A stretch of 59,342 nt of DNA, the filler included, from Bipalium vagum (lineage: Eukaryota): assembly GCA_037834085.1 (NCBI GenBank). It is 3 parts of 3 records of this genome, joined end to end, with 100 filler letters (N's around TTAATTAATTAA, not from the genome) between each part and the next. Parts side by side here need not be neighbours in the genome. Positions count along the whole stretch, not along the records: positions 1 to 17,081 come from JBBMKC010079505.1; positions 17,182 to 38,618 come from JBBMKC010237456.1; positions 38,719 to 59,342 come from JBBMKC010249171.1. One strand, given 5' to 3'. The position numbers and the translations under genes were made by a program. The first letter of the stretch is position 1. Every line of letters begins with the position of its first letter. Positions 13,809 to 39,454 of this stretch are shown here, piece by piece. The notes beneath the pieces were generated by a model. That model ran no database searches, was not told the origin of the DNA, and was given only the letters and a program-made list of their open reading frames with translations.

Positions 13809-14619
13809 AGTGAGTTGTAACGAGGCAATGGTAGTTTTGAAACTATATTTTATTTTATTCTTTTCTTGAGATCTTGGTGTAATATAACTTTTATTTTTGT
13901 CAACTCCAAAGTTCATTTTTTTGCACAGTCTAAGGAAAATGCTTTAGTGAATAAGAAGAAAATACCTTTAGCAAATATGTTCTGAGTATTTTTAATAAAT
14001 CCCATTAGATTATTTCAGTTATCTTTGGTGCATATTTAGTATCCATCTTATGAGGTCAGTAGAAAATATAAAAATAAATTAGAAAACCTAAAATATAAAG
14101 AGAAGCTTTATGGGAGACGATTATTTCAAGATAATCATGGAGACTCGGTTGGTAAATTATAAGAAAGGATATTGATTGGAAAACAATATCCACAAAGAGC
14201 GAAGAAGAAACCGATTAACGGTAGTCATTCTCAATATTGATCTTTTGGATACTTTTTCATGTTTCTATTAAACTAATACTCTACCAAACATAATTAGTTA
14301 CGGAATCTTTTGTCTTTGTGAATCGGTTTCAATAGGAGAATAGTCTGATTTTAATCCATTGATTATTTCTATCAAAGCTTCTTATTGACGTTGGACTCTT
14401 AAAGATCAATTAGACGGAGTCCTTTTTAGAAAATATAACTCAGATTTAAACATAACATTTACATTAATTTCACGCTGAAATCATCTCTAATTCCAATACA
14501 GATTCTTTTAACTAGAATTCTTCATTTAACTAGAACCGAATATGTTTGGTAATATTCCTTTTTTTGAGGTTTCTCCACAAAAGTATATTTGAAAAATTGA
14601 AAATATTAGTTTTGTCAAG

Positions 14620-15060
14620 TTTCTCTAATATGGCGGAGGTAATGATCAAAACAACACAGAGAAATTAACGTTAGAATGGCTTGTATTAAATTTGGGAACA
14701 TTTTAAAATTTACAAAACTATATTTGATATCACCGAAGTGTGATCAAACAATTACTGCCGAGAAGTAATTTGTGGAAATCGAAGAAATGTATCAAAAACT
14801 AAAAACTCAGCCTTGATCAATCGATAAAACCCATTGCATTTTCATGATAACTCCAAACCACAAGTCCGCAATCTACCGTACAAAAATTGAACCAGCTTGA
14901 TATTGAAATTCTGCCTCACCAGGCCTCTTGCGTGCTGATTATTACTTCAAACATTTAGATACGTTTGTCAAGGAGAGAACCTTCCCAAATGATGACAATG
15001 TCATTAAAGCCTGTCTTCAATGAAGTTCAATGTTAAAAACCGCCATTTATTTCTTTAAAA
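14620..15060 (+). mobile_element. mariner transposase relic (catalytic half)
   Basis: FHDNSKPQ (HDNARPH), TVQKLNQLDIEILPH, DYYFKHLDTF. Confidence 0.75.
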
Positions 15061-15439
15061 CTAAATAATTTAATAATATTATTAATAATAAAAAATTTTA
15101 ATTCTCAAAAATCATAAAATGTATTGAATCTTTTATCTTTCCTTGGTTCTCTTTCTTATCTTTCCCTTTTTTCGGTGTGGTTTTAAGTGGTGTTTTTTGT
15201 GTTAATGGTTCTTCAAAATCAATATCTATTTATGTGCCTTCTTTTAACTGTTGTAATTTATCGGTAGGAGTTACAACAATCAAAATATCAGGTATGGGAA
15301 TTATTTCCCATCGTTTTGTTATAGATTAATTATTATAAATATCGCGCATTTTTCATTGAAAATAAAATTAAAAATAATATTTTAATATATCTAAGATATC
15401 GATAGTTCGTGTTTGTTTAAAATGATTAAATAGCTTATT

Positions 15440-15600
15440 TGTTTTAACAAAAATGCACAATTATAGACCCAGAAAAAAGCATTTTTAGGAATCATTATTA
15501 TTTTGCTAAAATTAAAAGAAATCAGCAGCCGATGCCCATATATTAATGACAAAACCTTACGATGAATATATAATCATATGAACCAATGATTAAATATTTG
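15440..15600 (+). mobile_element. mariner 5' fragment (Mos1-like N-terminal HTH)
   Basis: KKHF*ESLLFC...KKSAADAHILMTKPYDE resembles HLRxxLxFxFxxKKxAAEAHRxLxxxYGE. Confidence 0.55.
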
Positions 15601-15653
15601 ATAACAAAAATTCTGTAGACATTTTCATAGGATTAAATAATTAATATTTGATA

Positions 15654-15684
<31 letters not shown>

Positions 15685-17081
15685 ATATATATAATATATA
15701 TTATATTATAATATTTATATTATTAGTATTATTATTAATAGTAGTAGTACTAGTATTACTACTTTAACTATTATTCCTGAATGTTTTAAGCGTCTTCCGT
15801 TTCTATCTTAATTTTGAAGGTATTTTTGTTTCGAAATTCATCAGGTTTTAATGATAAATTTTTTCATTTATTTAAGATGAAAAAGGAAATCTTGTAAAAT
15901 AGCTTTACTTATTAATTTATCAATATTTCAACATAAGAATTCTTTTTACAAAAGCTATAATCTGGAAAAGATACATTTTTCATCCTGACTGTAACATAAT
16001 CGTTCCAGATTTCAGAATATAAAAATAATTACACCATTATCATTTATTTTTTTCCCCAATACATTAATGAAGACAATACTTCACATCCATTCTGTATCAT
16101 CCTATAAAAATCTGGAACTGGTTACATCAACAATAGAAATAAAAAAATGTAAAACAAACACGTTTGCAGCAATACAAATTCTATATGAAATTATAATAAT
16201 AAAATTTTCCATTTTTCATACACTGCTGAATTCCATGGGAGGAATGAAATGATTGAGGTTGGTATTTGGAGGATATTCATCGGTGGTACAGAAATAAAGC
16301 ATCATTTGTAACATCGCTCGATAAAATATATAACATTCCATTCAAACAAAAATATAATTCTCATGAATGGCCAAGAAATATATAATGAAAATATAAATAT
16401 AATCAATAAAGGTCAAATTTTTAAGGAAATTAATCTGACGTAAAAATTTTGGATATCATTTTTATGTCGCCGTTCTTCTTTGGTTTTCCATTGAGAAAAT
16501 CTTAGATCAAATCTTTTATCTTTCACGAGAGAAAATATCACAATTGTGTCCGAAAAAATTGAGATTTTTCAAACTTTATATAAATAGATTCTGTACGTTC
16601 TCATCGGAAAATATGCCCCGCGAGAACGTTCGACAAAGGGGTCCGTTTAGTCTTAATTAAAATTCATTTTAAAAAAACATTTCAAATAAATGGAGCAAAA
16701 TTGATAATTGATTTTCGATATTCCAAAGCAATCAATCTTCAGATTCTAGACGATTGTAATCTGACGAATATGATATTTATGTAGGATTGTTTAATGAAGA
16801 CTCGAAGAAAAGCTTACGACATAACTATAAAATATAGGAATTAAATTACACTTTTAAAAGTAATTGCAGTTTAATGCTTTCCGTTGCATTCAACAATTTT
16901 TCAATTTTTCAATGATTTAATTAATTTAATATAATATTTTATTAATATTTTAGCAAAACTAACTTGTAGGGACTCTGAAATTACTTGTAATTTTTAAATC
17001 AATTATGGTAAAATTAAACTTTTTAATAAAATCTTGATCCTACACAATCTTTCACCATAAAAATTACTATTACACAATATA

Positions 17082-17181
17082 NNNNNNNNNNNNNNNNNNN
17101 NNNNNNNNNNNNNNNNNNNNNNNNNTTAATTAATTAANNNNNNNNNNNNNNNNNNNNNNNNNNNNNNNNNNNNNNNNNNNN
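17082..17181. other. Artificial contig/scaffold linker
   Basis: N44-TTAATTAATTAA-N44, 100 nt, with stops in all six frames. Identical to 38619-38718. Confidence 0.95.
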
Positions 17182-17197
17182 ATAATAATAATAATAA

Positions 17198-17228
<31 letters not shown>

Positions 17229-17236
17229 AAGAAGAA
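17182..17236. repeat. (AAT)n(GAA)n microsatellite at contig end
   Basis: Visible directly. Confidence 0.9.
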
Positions 17237-17920
17237 TATTTCTTTTTAATCTCTTTTAAAAATTGATTTTTTAATCTTTTAGCTCAATATGGGATCTGAA
17301 AAAATTCATAGCCAGAGCAGAGACAAACATTTAAAAACTTCCCCGTGTCAATGAAAACCACATCTTTTATTTGAAATAAATCACTGTTTTTGGTTTTTTA
17401 TTTGTCTTTTTTGTCCTTGACGAGCTTTGAATAATTTTTGTTCCGTTGAGAACAGATTGAATTAGTTCTCAATTCTGAGAGCTATATTTAGTTGACGCGA
17501 GCCATAAATAAGGGTCTTAGAGTTGAGGAGGTCAGAAAAGTTTTTGATCAATTGAATTTTTGAAACTGAAGAATTTTTTGTGGAAGCTTGTTTGAAAAAT
17601 AATATGAAGTGTTGTCCCAGAACTTATTATTATTTTAATAAATTTATTTAAGTCATAAAATAAATGTTACTATTATCTTAAAACTATATTCTAGACTGTA
17701 TGAAAGATTAATTAAAGATTTAATTAAAAAATTAGAATTATAATACGAGATATTTTTCATAGTTATTAATATATATAAATATTTATTTAATAATAATATT
17801 TTTCATTTATACTTTCGATAATGCAAATAATAAATCTTAAATAAAGAGGAGCGAAAATTTTTGAAAATATTTTAACAGTAAATCTATAAAATTAAAATAT
17901 TATTTTCGAAAATATCTAAC

Positions 17921-20900
17921 TTTGTCCATATACCGCCAGATATCATTTCCTGTCATTGGTTTCAAAGTGTCATCTTTCAGCAGTTTCTAATTAGAAATTA
18001 AATTAAAATAGTTAATAGAATAATTTTTATTTAGATAGAATTATAACTGAAAATTCAGAAATGTATAAGTACCATCATCATTAATCGATATCTTCCCTCT
18101 CCAACAATTCCTTCAATCATTTTAAACAAAGAAAATCCCTAAAAATAAATGATTCAAATTTTTATATAATTAAAACAATTAATTCAAAAAAAAATCAATA
18201 CATTACCTTAGTAAAAATGAGATCATCAAAATAATATTCCACATGCTTAGCTGTATATGGGTATACAGAAAGTTTATGATTCAAATCAGAATCATCAACA
18301 AAAAGTCCAACCAAATTCTGTGTTAAGGCCGTATGAAGTCTCTGAAATTGAGTATGATAATCAAGCGGAGAATATTCGATAAAAATTGGAAATAAAAATC
18401 TTTAAAAAATAAACGATGTTAGGTTACATGATCATATTGAGTTTGATGGGTTTTGTACTTCTGCTCCATGTATCCAACAAGACCTTCAATAACCCACAAG
18501 GCATCAAACCACTCCATCTTTAAAATATTTCCTATCCACTGATGAGCCACTTCATGATTGATATTATTAACATATATCTGCTTCATTCTTGGAAGTGTTT
18601 TATCATCATCAATAAAAACTAAAGAGTCCGACAATATTAATAAACCATAGGTACTTGATCCCGTTTCATAAGGGGGCATCTTTGCTGTAACAGCGATGTC
18701 TGAATTTTATAAAATACATATTTTAAATATTTCATTTGTGATACAAAATTGACATTGAGCATATCGAAATAATAAAATAATAAAATAATAATATTTTACC
18801 TAATTTATTAAATATGTAAGTTGTATTGAAATATTTTTCATAAAATTCCATGGCTAATTTTATTTTTTCTAAGCTGTATGAACATAAGCCTAACTTTTCT
18901 TTAGGAGCCCATATTCTAATCTAAATTATTTTATTGTTAAATTTATTATTATTAAATAAAAATAAAATTATATTTTATTAAAATATTTTATTTTCTAAAA
19001 ATTTGAATTAACAATCAGTTATAATATAATCTATTATTTATTAAAAATATTAATTAAAAAATATATAATAATACCTGTGAAGATATCTTTTTTTATTATA
19101 TTTTTTAATAAAAATATTCTTTAAAATGATTTCATATCACATAATTTTATAATAGCATAATTTATATATTTTAACAAATCTCTTTTGTAATAATAGTTCA
19201 TACAAAAAATGAGGAATGTTAGGAAAGAAACGTAGGACATTATTATGTTTTTCCAAGGAGCACTGATACTATCATTCAATACTATCATAAAAAATTTCAT
19301 TTAAGAAAGTATATTGAATCCTTATCAAGTACATTTGTTAAGAGGGAAAAATATATATTTTTGTCCTGTTAAATGAGTAAAGACTTTTATCATATTGATT
19401 TGTTGGATTGTAATATTTACAGATTCATAAGAAACGAACTTTTCTCGAACCGAGAAATGTTGCACTGTTCGAAAAAGGTAGTAGTCAAAAGATACAATGT
19501 CCGGACCTTAATGAGAATGAGATAAAATTTCCTAGCCAAAGTCGGCAATATTCTGGACTGTCTTCTTCACGGTATATTGTCGTTCATTATAGTAATTAAT
19601 GATTAAATCTATTTCTGTTTTCCAAACAGATTTATTGTTTTTCAATTTCACCTTTTTATCTCACCATGTACTAAACCCTTAGCGGACCAACAAACATTTC
19701 ACATTACCCTTTTCTATGAATATCTGATTTTACAGTAATTGTAGATTATAGCAAGGATGAAAAGCCATTACCTTTTACCACTGGAGTTATAGTACGTAAT
19801 TTCTCTTCATCAGTTGTCTTACCATTAAGAAAATCTTCATTTTCTTCTTCAGAAAATGGGCATTTTCCATATTAAAACAAGCATTTTCTTTGGTCACCGG
19901 TAAGTTCGTGAGGCCACATTTTCCTGTCTTGCTTTCTTTTCCCATCTTCATTAAATATCAGAAAAATGTATCTCTATTGATTTCTAATGTGAACTCATTC
20001 CAATTAGTATTTAACATGGATATTTTTCAATCGATGACTGTAAAGGCCATTATTCATATGCGTCAACATTCACTTTAAAAAATTTATTAATTGATTGAAT
20101 ATGAGATTGATTATTTATGTTGAACCTAATATATAAAAATTGATTTAAAGTTTTTTTGAAAAATATGTTAAATATTATAAGAGTTAACAATTTCATACCA
20201 CTAAAACAACATGTAATATAATAAAATATTATCAATTAAAGTATTTTGCAAAAACAAACTTCATGTCCTGTTGATGTCATTTGTGAGACATGATGAAAGG
20301 TATTAACAGATAATGTAAACTGATACGTTTGAATGGGTAATGTCCATTCATATATGTCCGTAAACCATCCATTTTCCAAGTCTCTGGTCTCACGAATTTC
20401 CATAATCGATTGACTTACATAACCTTCTTTGCGAATTACTCTTAATTGGATCTTAGCAACAAACACTGGATCATCGAAACATGGGAAAACATTCTTTGCA
20501 TAAAAAGGACTTAAAAGAGTATTTGCTCCATATCTAAATTTTAAAAAAAGTAAAATAATGTGAAATCAGAATTTTATTAAATTTGAAATAGCTAAAATAA
20601 ACAATTTTTCACTACACTAAAAAGTAGAATCGATAATGTGAAAAATATTAAAAAATTAAATTTCTTTGTTTTTAATTATCAAATAATTTTATTAATGAGA
20701 ATGTAATTTCTGAAATGAAAAGATTATAATTATAATAATAAATAGTATAATAGAAAAAATCAAGAAACACTTTAATTATTGTTTTAGTAATCTTTCCCAT
20801 GGCTTAACAAACTAAGGCAGAAAAACTTTAAAAAAAATTAAATTAAAACTGAAAATAAAAAAATTATATAATTTTTATTATTTAATTAATTTTGAGCTAA

Positions 20901-21604
20901 AATATTTGATAGTTTCAAAATTAAATTTTATTAATAAAAAATATTCTCCAATAATTGATAGTGAAATATGAATAATAATAAAATTTAAAAAAAATTATTA
21001 AATTCACATTCAAGGATGTTGTACCTTTTAACTTTGTTAATTTTGAATGCAAACCAGTAAAATCCATGAGCCAATTTGGGGAATTTCGATGAAAAGTTTT
21101 CAATGTGAACATGATAATTTCTGCCTGCCTGTAGAAACTGATCTAATTTTATCAAAAGCCATTTTCTTGAACGAATATAAGAGATTGCATTGATCTGTAA
21201 TGATCTTTCATCGGAATCAGTAACTCTCAGTTTTGATTTCCTAAAAATCAAATTATGACCACTATGGAGCATAATATGTCTAAGGTCGATGTCTGGCCGA
21301 ATCTCGATATGTACAGATCCTTGGAAATAAAAATCCGTTTCGTTAGGCAAATGGATGAAAGGCTGAAGCGTTACGATATATTTAACGGGTTTGATTTGTA
21401 CTGGCAATCTATCCCATTTGTTGATAAACACATTGCAGTGTTCATCACCGGAAAACTTTGAATCTTGGAGACATTGAAAGAATTCTGAAAAGAAAAAATT
21501 TAAAACCAACTAATTAAACATTATTAGAAACCGTTGGATGAACATAGTAATATGAAAAAGCTTGTCAATATTGCCAACTGAAAAACCAGTTTCGAAAAAT
21601 CCAT
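17921..21604 (-). CDS. M1-family (aminopeptidase N-like) metallopeptidase homolog, first 8 exons, 3'-truncated by the contig end
   Basis: Phase-consistent GT-AG exons (minus): 21604-21532, 21484-21025, 20533-20260, 18920-18800, 18699-18428, 18341-18207, 18138-18073, 17986-17921. Signal/anchor MDFSKLVFQLAILTSFFILLC; RLPVQIKPVKY; FQGSVHI; FPCFDDP; IRIWAP; HEVAHQW-x-IEG (HEXXH-X18-E); FDDLIFTKG; DIW. Confidence 0.9.
19300..20200 (-). mobile_element. mariner relic in the aminopeptidase intron
   Basis: Minus: MGKESKTGK.WPHELT...NEDFLNGKTTDEEKITYYN (WVPHEL and TGDEKW equivalents). Boundaries approximate. Confidence 0.65.
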
Positions 21605-22289
21605 TAAATTTTGTAAAATTTTGAATTTTCTAAAATGCTATCTACTAAATTTTAGTAGAACTTTATCTTTTACCAATAATATAAGGTAATGTAGGCTGAA
21701 ACCCGTGGGTACAGTGTACTTAGTTTGTGAGAGCAATTTGTGTAGTTTTATATGACCATCAAAATTATTTCGTTATACGTAATACCTTTTATCTGACTCT
21801 TGAATTAGTTACACTCAAATATCGGGAATTTCTGATCGATATATACTGGGATTTTATTTTTTTCATTATAACATTAATTAATTAATTATCTAATTTTATT
21901 AAATGATAACAGGTCTATATGTTGTGATTTGTATGCATGATCGGATTTTGTTCTTTTTAATATAAATTAATGTTAATATAAAAATATTAATTAATCTTTT
22001 TATGAAGTTGAAGTTAAGATAATAATTTAATAAATAATAAAAGTTAATTAATGGAAATATTATTAATAACTCGTTATTAATAAATGTAACGAGTTATATA
22101 TAAATATATAAAATACATTCCACAGAGACAAAACCGGCTCTCATATCAGTATTTATAATAAATAAGACATTAATGATTGGTATTTACTGATTCAATTCTT
22201 CCCGAACTATAATAACTTATTTTCGATTTTTCTATAGTAACTTTAGAGATATTAACTTTCCTTAAAAATTTTATATTGACTTAAATATA

Positions 22290-22470
22290 TTAGGTGTACA
22301 AATAGATAAACCAATTTTTTTAACTACCTTCAAAATTTTTTTTTATTAAAAGTGATACATTTTTATTAATTAAAGTAATCGCTAATGTTATGAATAACTT
22401 TAAGCGATCTTGCATGGAGTTGATGAATTCCCTCTTGAAAATTTTCTGGCTGTTCGGAAGCAAACATTTT
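22290..22470 (-). mobile_element. mariner 3' end with TIR
   Basis: Minus FASEQPENFQEGIHQLHARSLKVIHNISDYFN*; TIR taggtgtacaaata at about 22291. Confidence 0.7.
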
Positions 22471-23689
22471 AATTAAAAATAGTTTAATCGTTAATAAATA
22501 AACTTATTAATAAATTAAAATTAATTAACTTACCAAAAATAAAGCAAAAATAATTTATAAAAAATTATAAAATGAAAGTATTAAATTTTTAAATAGTAAA
22601 ATAGTGAATAAATAGAAATAGTAAATAAATCTTTATCAATTTTTAGAGACAAGTAATTAGGGAAAATTAAGAAATTTTTAAGTACAATGAATTCTTATCA
22701 TATTAAGGATTCAGGAGTAAAGAAAATCTGAAGTCATTTATTTATTCATCAAAAAAAAAGAATATTAATAATTTTTTAATTTTAATAAGATAATCCAAAG
22801 TAAATATAACCAGACATTTTTGAAAGTAGTATTTCAATATTACGTCGTAGTAAGTCCTAAATTGCTTTAATTTTCCTTTAACCACCATAACTATTATTAA
22901 TTAACTATTAGAATATTTTATGTTATTCTCCGTAAACTGTAAATTCTATTAAGATCTAAAGAAATATTTGAGAATTCAATTACTCAAGAATCATATAATT
23001 TCCCTCCAATAATTATTATTTACTATTATTAATTTTGTGTAGAAAATAAAAGCTTATTTCAAGACTTCTCCAGCCTCCTTTAAAGAGAGAAGATCTTGAA
23101 TAGTTTAAAATTACTGATAAATAAAGTTAAGAGTTTGTAAGTAAAAAGAACATATTTTGTCTAATCTAATCCAGATTTCATAATAATCTCATTCGTCTTA
23201 AAGTTAAGGTATGGAAATTATAGCCGAGTTTACAGAATATTGTTGAAAGCTTTAGCAAACATACTTGAAAGACATTATTTGACATCATTAACCAGTATTA
23301 TAAAGGGTCCGTTAACAATTGAAAAGTTATTTCTGATTAATTATATATTTGTATGCTGCTGTTATTTTATTTGAATCTAAAAATATAATTATTAAAAATA
23401 TTATTAAAAATAATTATATAACATCAAATAGTAATTATCTTTTTCAATAAATAAAATATTTTGAGACTTAATCCTGGTGGAATTTTAAAAGGTTGTTTTG
23501 TTTTATATTTAAATAATATTAATTTCCTCAAACAACTAAATTTACTATTATATTTTAAAACAACATTACTGTAGATTGAGCATAAACTTTCAATCTAACC
23601 TTCGACTGACTATGATTGTGGAGTCATAAAAAGTCATAAAAAATGATTACATAAGAATTACAATATTTGGGTTTGTAATAAGAAAATTG

Positions 23690-23880
23690 ATTGAGATATG
23701 GGTTCATTTTGTTATACAATTAAAAATGTCACAATGATTCCTGAAAGACAGATCGATTCAAGACAGACATGGTTATACTTGAAAATTTCTCGAATTTTTG
23801 TGAACTTTAAGCGAATCGCATATATTTTTTTTGATGAAGTAGGATTGAACGTACCAATGAGGACAAAACGATAATGTCTC
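23690..23880 (+). mobile_element. IS630-like/Tc1 (DDE_3) fragment
   Basis: VTMIPER and FFDEVGLNVPMRTKR resemble KRxxxxPERRN and FIDEVGFNVSMR. Confidence 0.5.
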
Positions 23881-24089
23881 AAATATAATAATTTAATTTT
23901 TGTATACTAGTAAAAAATATTTTTTAGTTTTTTAATTCTTTTACATGTAAATATTAGGTTATTAAGTATCTAATTTATTAAACCAAAGCTTAACATTTTA
24001 TATTTTAAATAATTTAACTCGAAAGTTATTTGTTTGTGTTTTACTTTGTAAATAGATAATTACTTTTCGCAGCCCCTTTAAAATATCTT

Positions 24090-25106
24090 ATTATACTATA
24101 AATTGGCATTCTTAGAGTAACTTTTTTAAAGAATGGATATATAAAAAATTCGTGACATTTTTGAATACGAGTTCGGTCCTAGAAAGAATGCAAAGAAAAC
24201 GATTCGAAATATGAGTGATGTTTGTTAGGAGCAAGGTTGTCAATGAACGAATAATGCAGCGATAGTTTCAGAAGTTCCGTCGACCTAAGACTAAGATGAA
24301 TCAAGTTGACCTGAAATCTCTAGTGGAGAAGGATTCATCTCAAAGTACCCAGGAGTTTGCGTTGAAATTCAATATCTCGTTCCCTACAATAATTGACCAT
24401 TTGAAACAAATTAACAAGATTAAAAAGCTTGACCGATGGGTACTTCACAAATTATGTGAATATCAGTAATCAATTCGTCTTCAAGTTTGACTTTCTTTGT
24501 TGTTACGACTGAAAGATGAACTATTTCTTCAACGTATCGTGACTTATGACGAAAAATGAATTAGATTTGATAGTTGCAGGTGATCATCTCAATGGTTGGG
24601 TAAAGATGAAACGCACAGACCCTGTTCAAACACGAGTGTTTACCATAAGAAAATCACAGTGTACGTCTGCTGGTCCAATGCTTGTATTATTCACTACACC
24701 TTTTCAAAACCAGGAAAATCTATTACAACAGAAACATACTGTACCCAGTTAAAGGATATATTATGAAGTAGCTCGTTATTAAGCAACAGAGATTGGTCAA
24801 TCGAGACAAACCAATTCTCTTGCCAGACAACGATCGACCACATGTAACCAAAGCAATGCTGCTCCAAATGTTGGAGTTGGAACTGATAACTCTTTGTCAC
24901 TCACCAGACTTTGAGTCAACTGAATATCATTTCTTCCGAGTTTTGGATCATTTCTTGATTGGAAAATTATTCAATACAGAAACGCCTTTTGTGATTTCAA
25001 CGTCACTCTTCGCTACTAGAATAAACAAGTTACCATTAAGATGACAGAACTGTATAGATCGAAATATTGATTAAAAATCCGACATTTTATACTTACTGAC
25101 CTAATA
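24090..25106 (+). mobile_element. Near full-length decayed mariner upstream of myosin V
   Basis: IFEYEF, KKLDRWVLHKL, RIVTYDEK*I, PILLPDNDRPH, TEYHFFRVLDHFL. Right TIR ...cttactgacctaata. Confidence 0.85.
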
Positions 25107-25439
25107 GTAAAAAAGAGAAGTAAAAAAATTTGAATTACAAAATAACAAAATGACATGGCAAAAACTATGTATTGAAGAGAAATTAATAAGTAAAGCTTCT
25201 TTTATAAAAACAATAAAATTCAAATTAACTAATAATTTTTTAAAATCGAAATAAATTACGAATAAATATTTAATTATGCGTAAAAACGTTATTTTTCAAT
25301 TTAATTTTTAAGTTTTAGAAATTTTTATAGGCTTTTAGTATTTTATGTAGAATACTTATTGTTTATATTTGTCGGATTTGTTAAGGAAAGTTAGCAAACT
25401 TTTAAAATTAAATTTTGAGTTATTTTTTTGTGAATTTAG

Positions 25440-38002
<12,563 letters not shown>

Positions 38003-38561
38003 GTAAGAAAATAAAAGCTTTATTGTTTCATAATTCATAATTTTATGACATAATTGGATAGAGTGTCATCACTTATCTGAACTAATTTCATGCTTGATTA
38101 TCAGATTTTGATAAATTATATAATTAAAAAAGACAAACTTAATCAATAAATGTGGAAAAATTATCTTGGTCAGATTTAAAATATAAAAAATAATAAACAA
38201 ATATATTCAGTGAAATATTAAGTTAATTTAGTGATATAATCGATAGTCAATGTGATACATTGTGATCTTGTTATTTAAAACAGTGACAAAATTGAAAGAA
38301 ATTAATTATTATTTTAAAATATTAAATATTTTATAATTTCACAAAGATTTATTAAATTAAATTAAAGTTACTGAAGACGAAGATAATGATTTTAATTAGT
38401 TTTAATTTAAAAATATAAACCAATAGCAAATTGGAAATATTTGTTTTTAAATAATAGCGATAATAATAAAATAACAACAATAATATAATAATCAAATAAT
38501 ATTAATAATGGTTTTAAACGAATTATATTTCAATAAAATAAAGCTTTTAAAATATCTGATT

Positions 38562-38563
<2 letters not shown>

Positions 38564-38594
<31 letters not shown>
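38564..38594. repeat. (TA)n microsatellite
   Basis: Visible directly next to the linker. Confidence 0.9.
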
Positions 38595-38600
<6 letters not shown>

Positions 38601-38618
38601 CTTTACGGTGATTATCAT

Positions 38619-38718
38619 NNNNNNNNNNNNNNNNNNNNNNNNNNNNNNNNNNNNNNNNNNNNTTAATTAATTAANNNNNNNNNNNNNNNNNNNNNNNNNN
38701 NNNNNNNNNNNNNNNNNN
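38619..38718. other. Artificial contig/scaffold linker
   Basis: N44-TTAATTAATTAA-N44. Confidence 0.95.
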
Positions 38719-38820
38719 ATAAATAATAAATAATAAATAATAAATAATAAATAATAAATAATAAATAATAAATAATAAATAATAAATAATAATTTATAAT
38801 TATAATTTATAATTATAATT
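38719..38820. repeat. (AATAAAT)n heptamer repeat followed by (AATTTATAATTAT)2
   Basis: About 10 heptamer units visible. Confidence 0.85.
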
Positions 38821-39454
38821 TTTTTTAGTTGTAAAATAAAATGTAACTTAAAAATTTACGAGTTTATATAAAATACGAAGTATGAATACATAATATATTT
38901 AAGAAAGCTACTTAATTTTACTTAATATTTCAATAACAACGTAAAATGTACTATTTTTATTTCTTGTTTTAATTTTCTTATATATGTTTTTCAAATTTTT
39001 ACATTACATGTCCAAATTATTTGAAATAACATCAAATATTATTATTATTTTTTTTTATTTCTATTAATATTATTTTAATTCTTTAAAACATATTTTATTT
39101 TTGTTTTAACTGTCAACTGTTACATTTATGTATGTATCTATAATTTTCTCGTGTATGTATATGTTAAAAAATATAAAAATATCAATCATCATTATTTAGT
39201 TCAAAAAATCATAAAATATGAATATTTGGAATCATCTTTATATGTCACTTATAAATTATATGTATAATTCTTTCGACCTAAATGAAGAATTCTTAGAAGT
39301 GTATAATTAATAATTTAAGCAATATGTTAAAAAAATATAAAATATTTATAAAACATTCTTATCATTTAAATAATTTTGCTATCTAATTTGACAAGAAGAA
39401 TGTGGTAAATATAATAATTATGTGTAAAAATGATATATACTCAAAATATTTCTA

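Noticed and set aside
13713-13916. Poly-Leu/poly-His ORF
   Set aside because: Translation of a (GAT)n(GAA)n microsatellite.
16700-16750. CTGAAGA...GAT/ATC-GAAA hammerhead-like string on minus
   Set aside because: Stems I and III cannot be formed convincingly and there is no retroelement context.
17082-17181. Perfect palindrome TTAATTAATTAA inside N runs, repeated at 38663-38674
   Set aside because: Six-frame stop linker used to concatenate contigs. It is an artefact, and gene order across it is meaningless.
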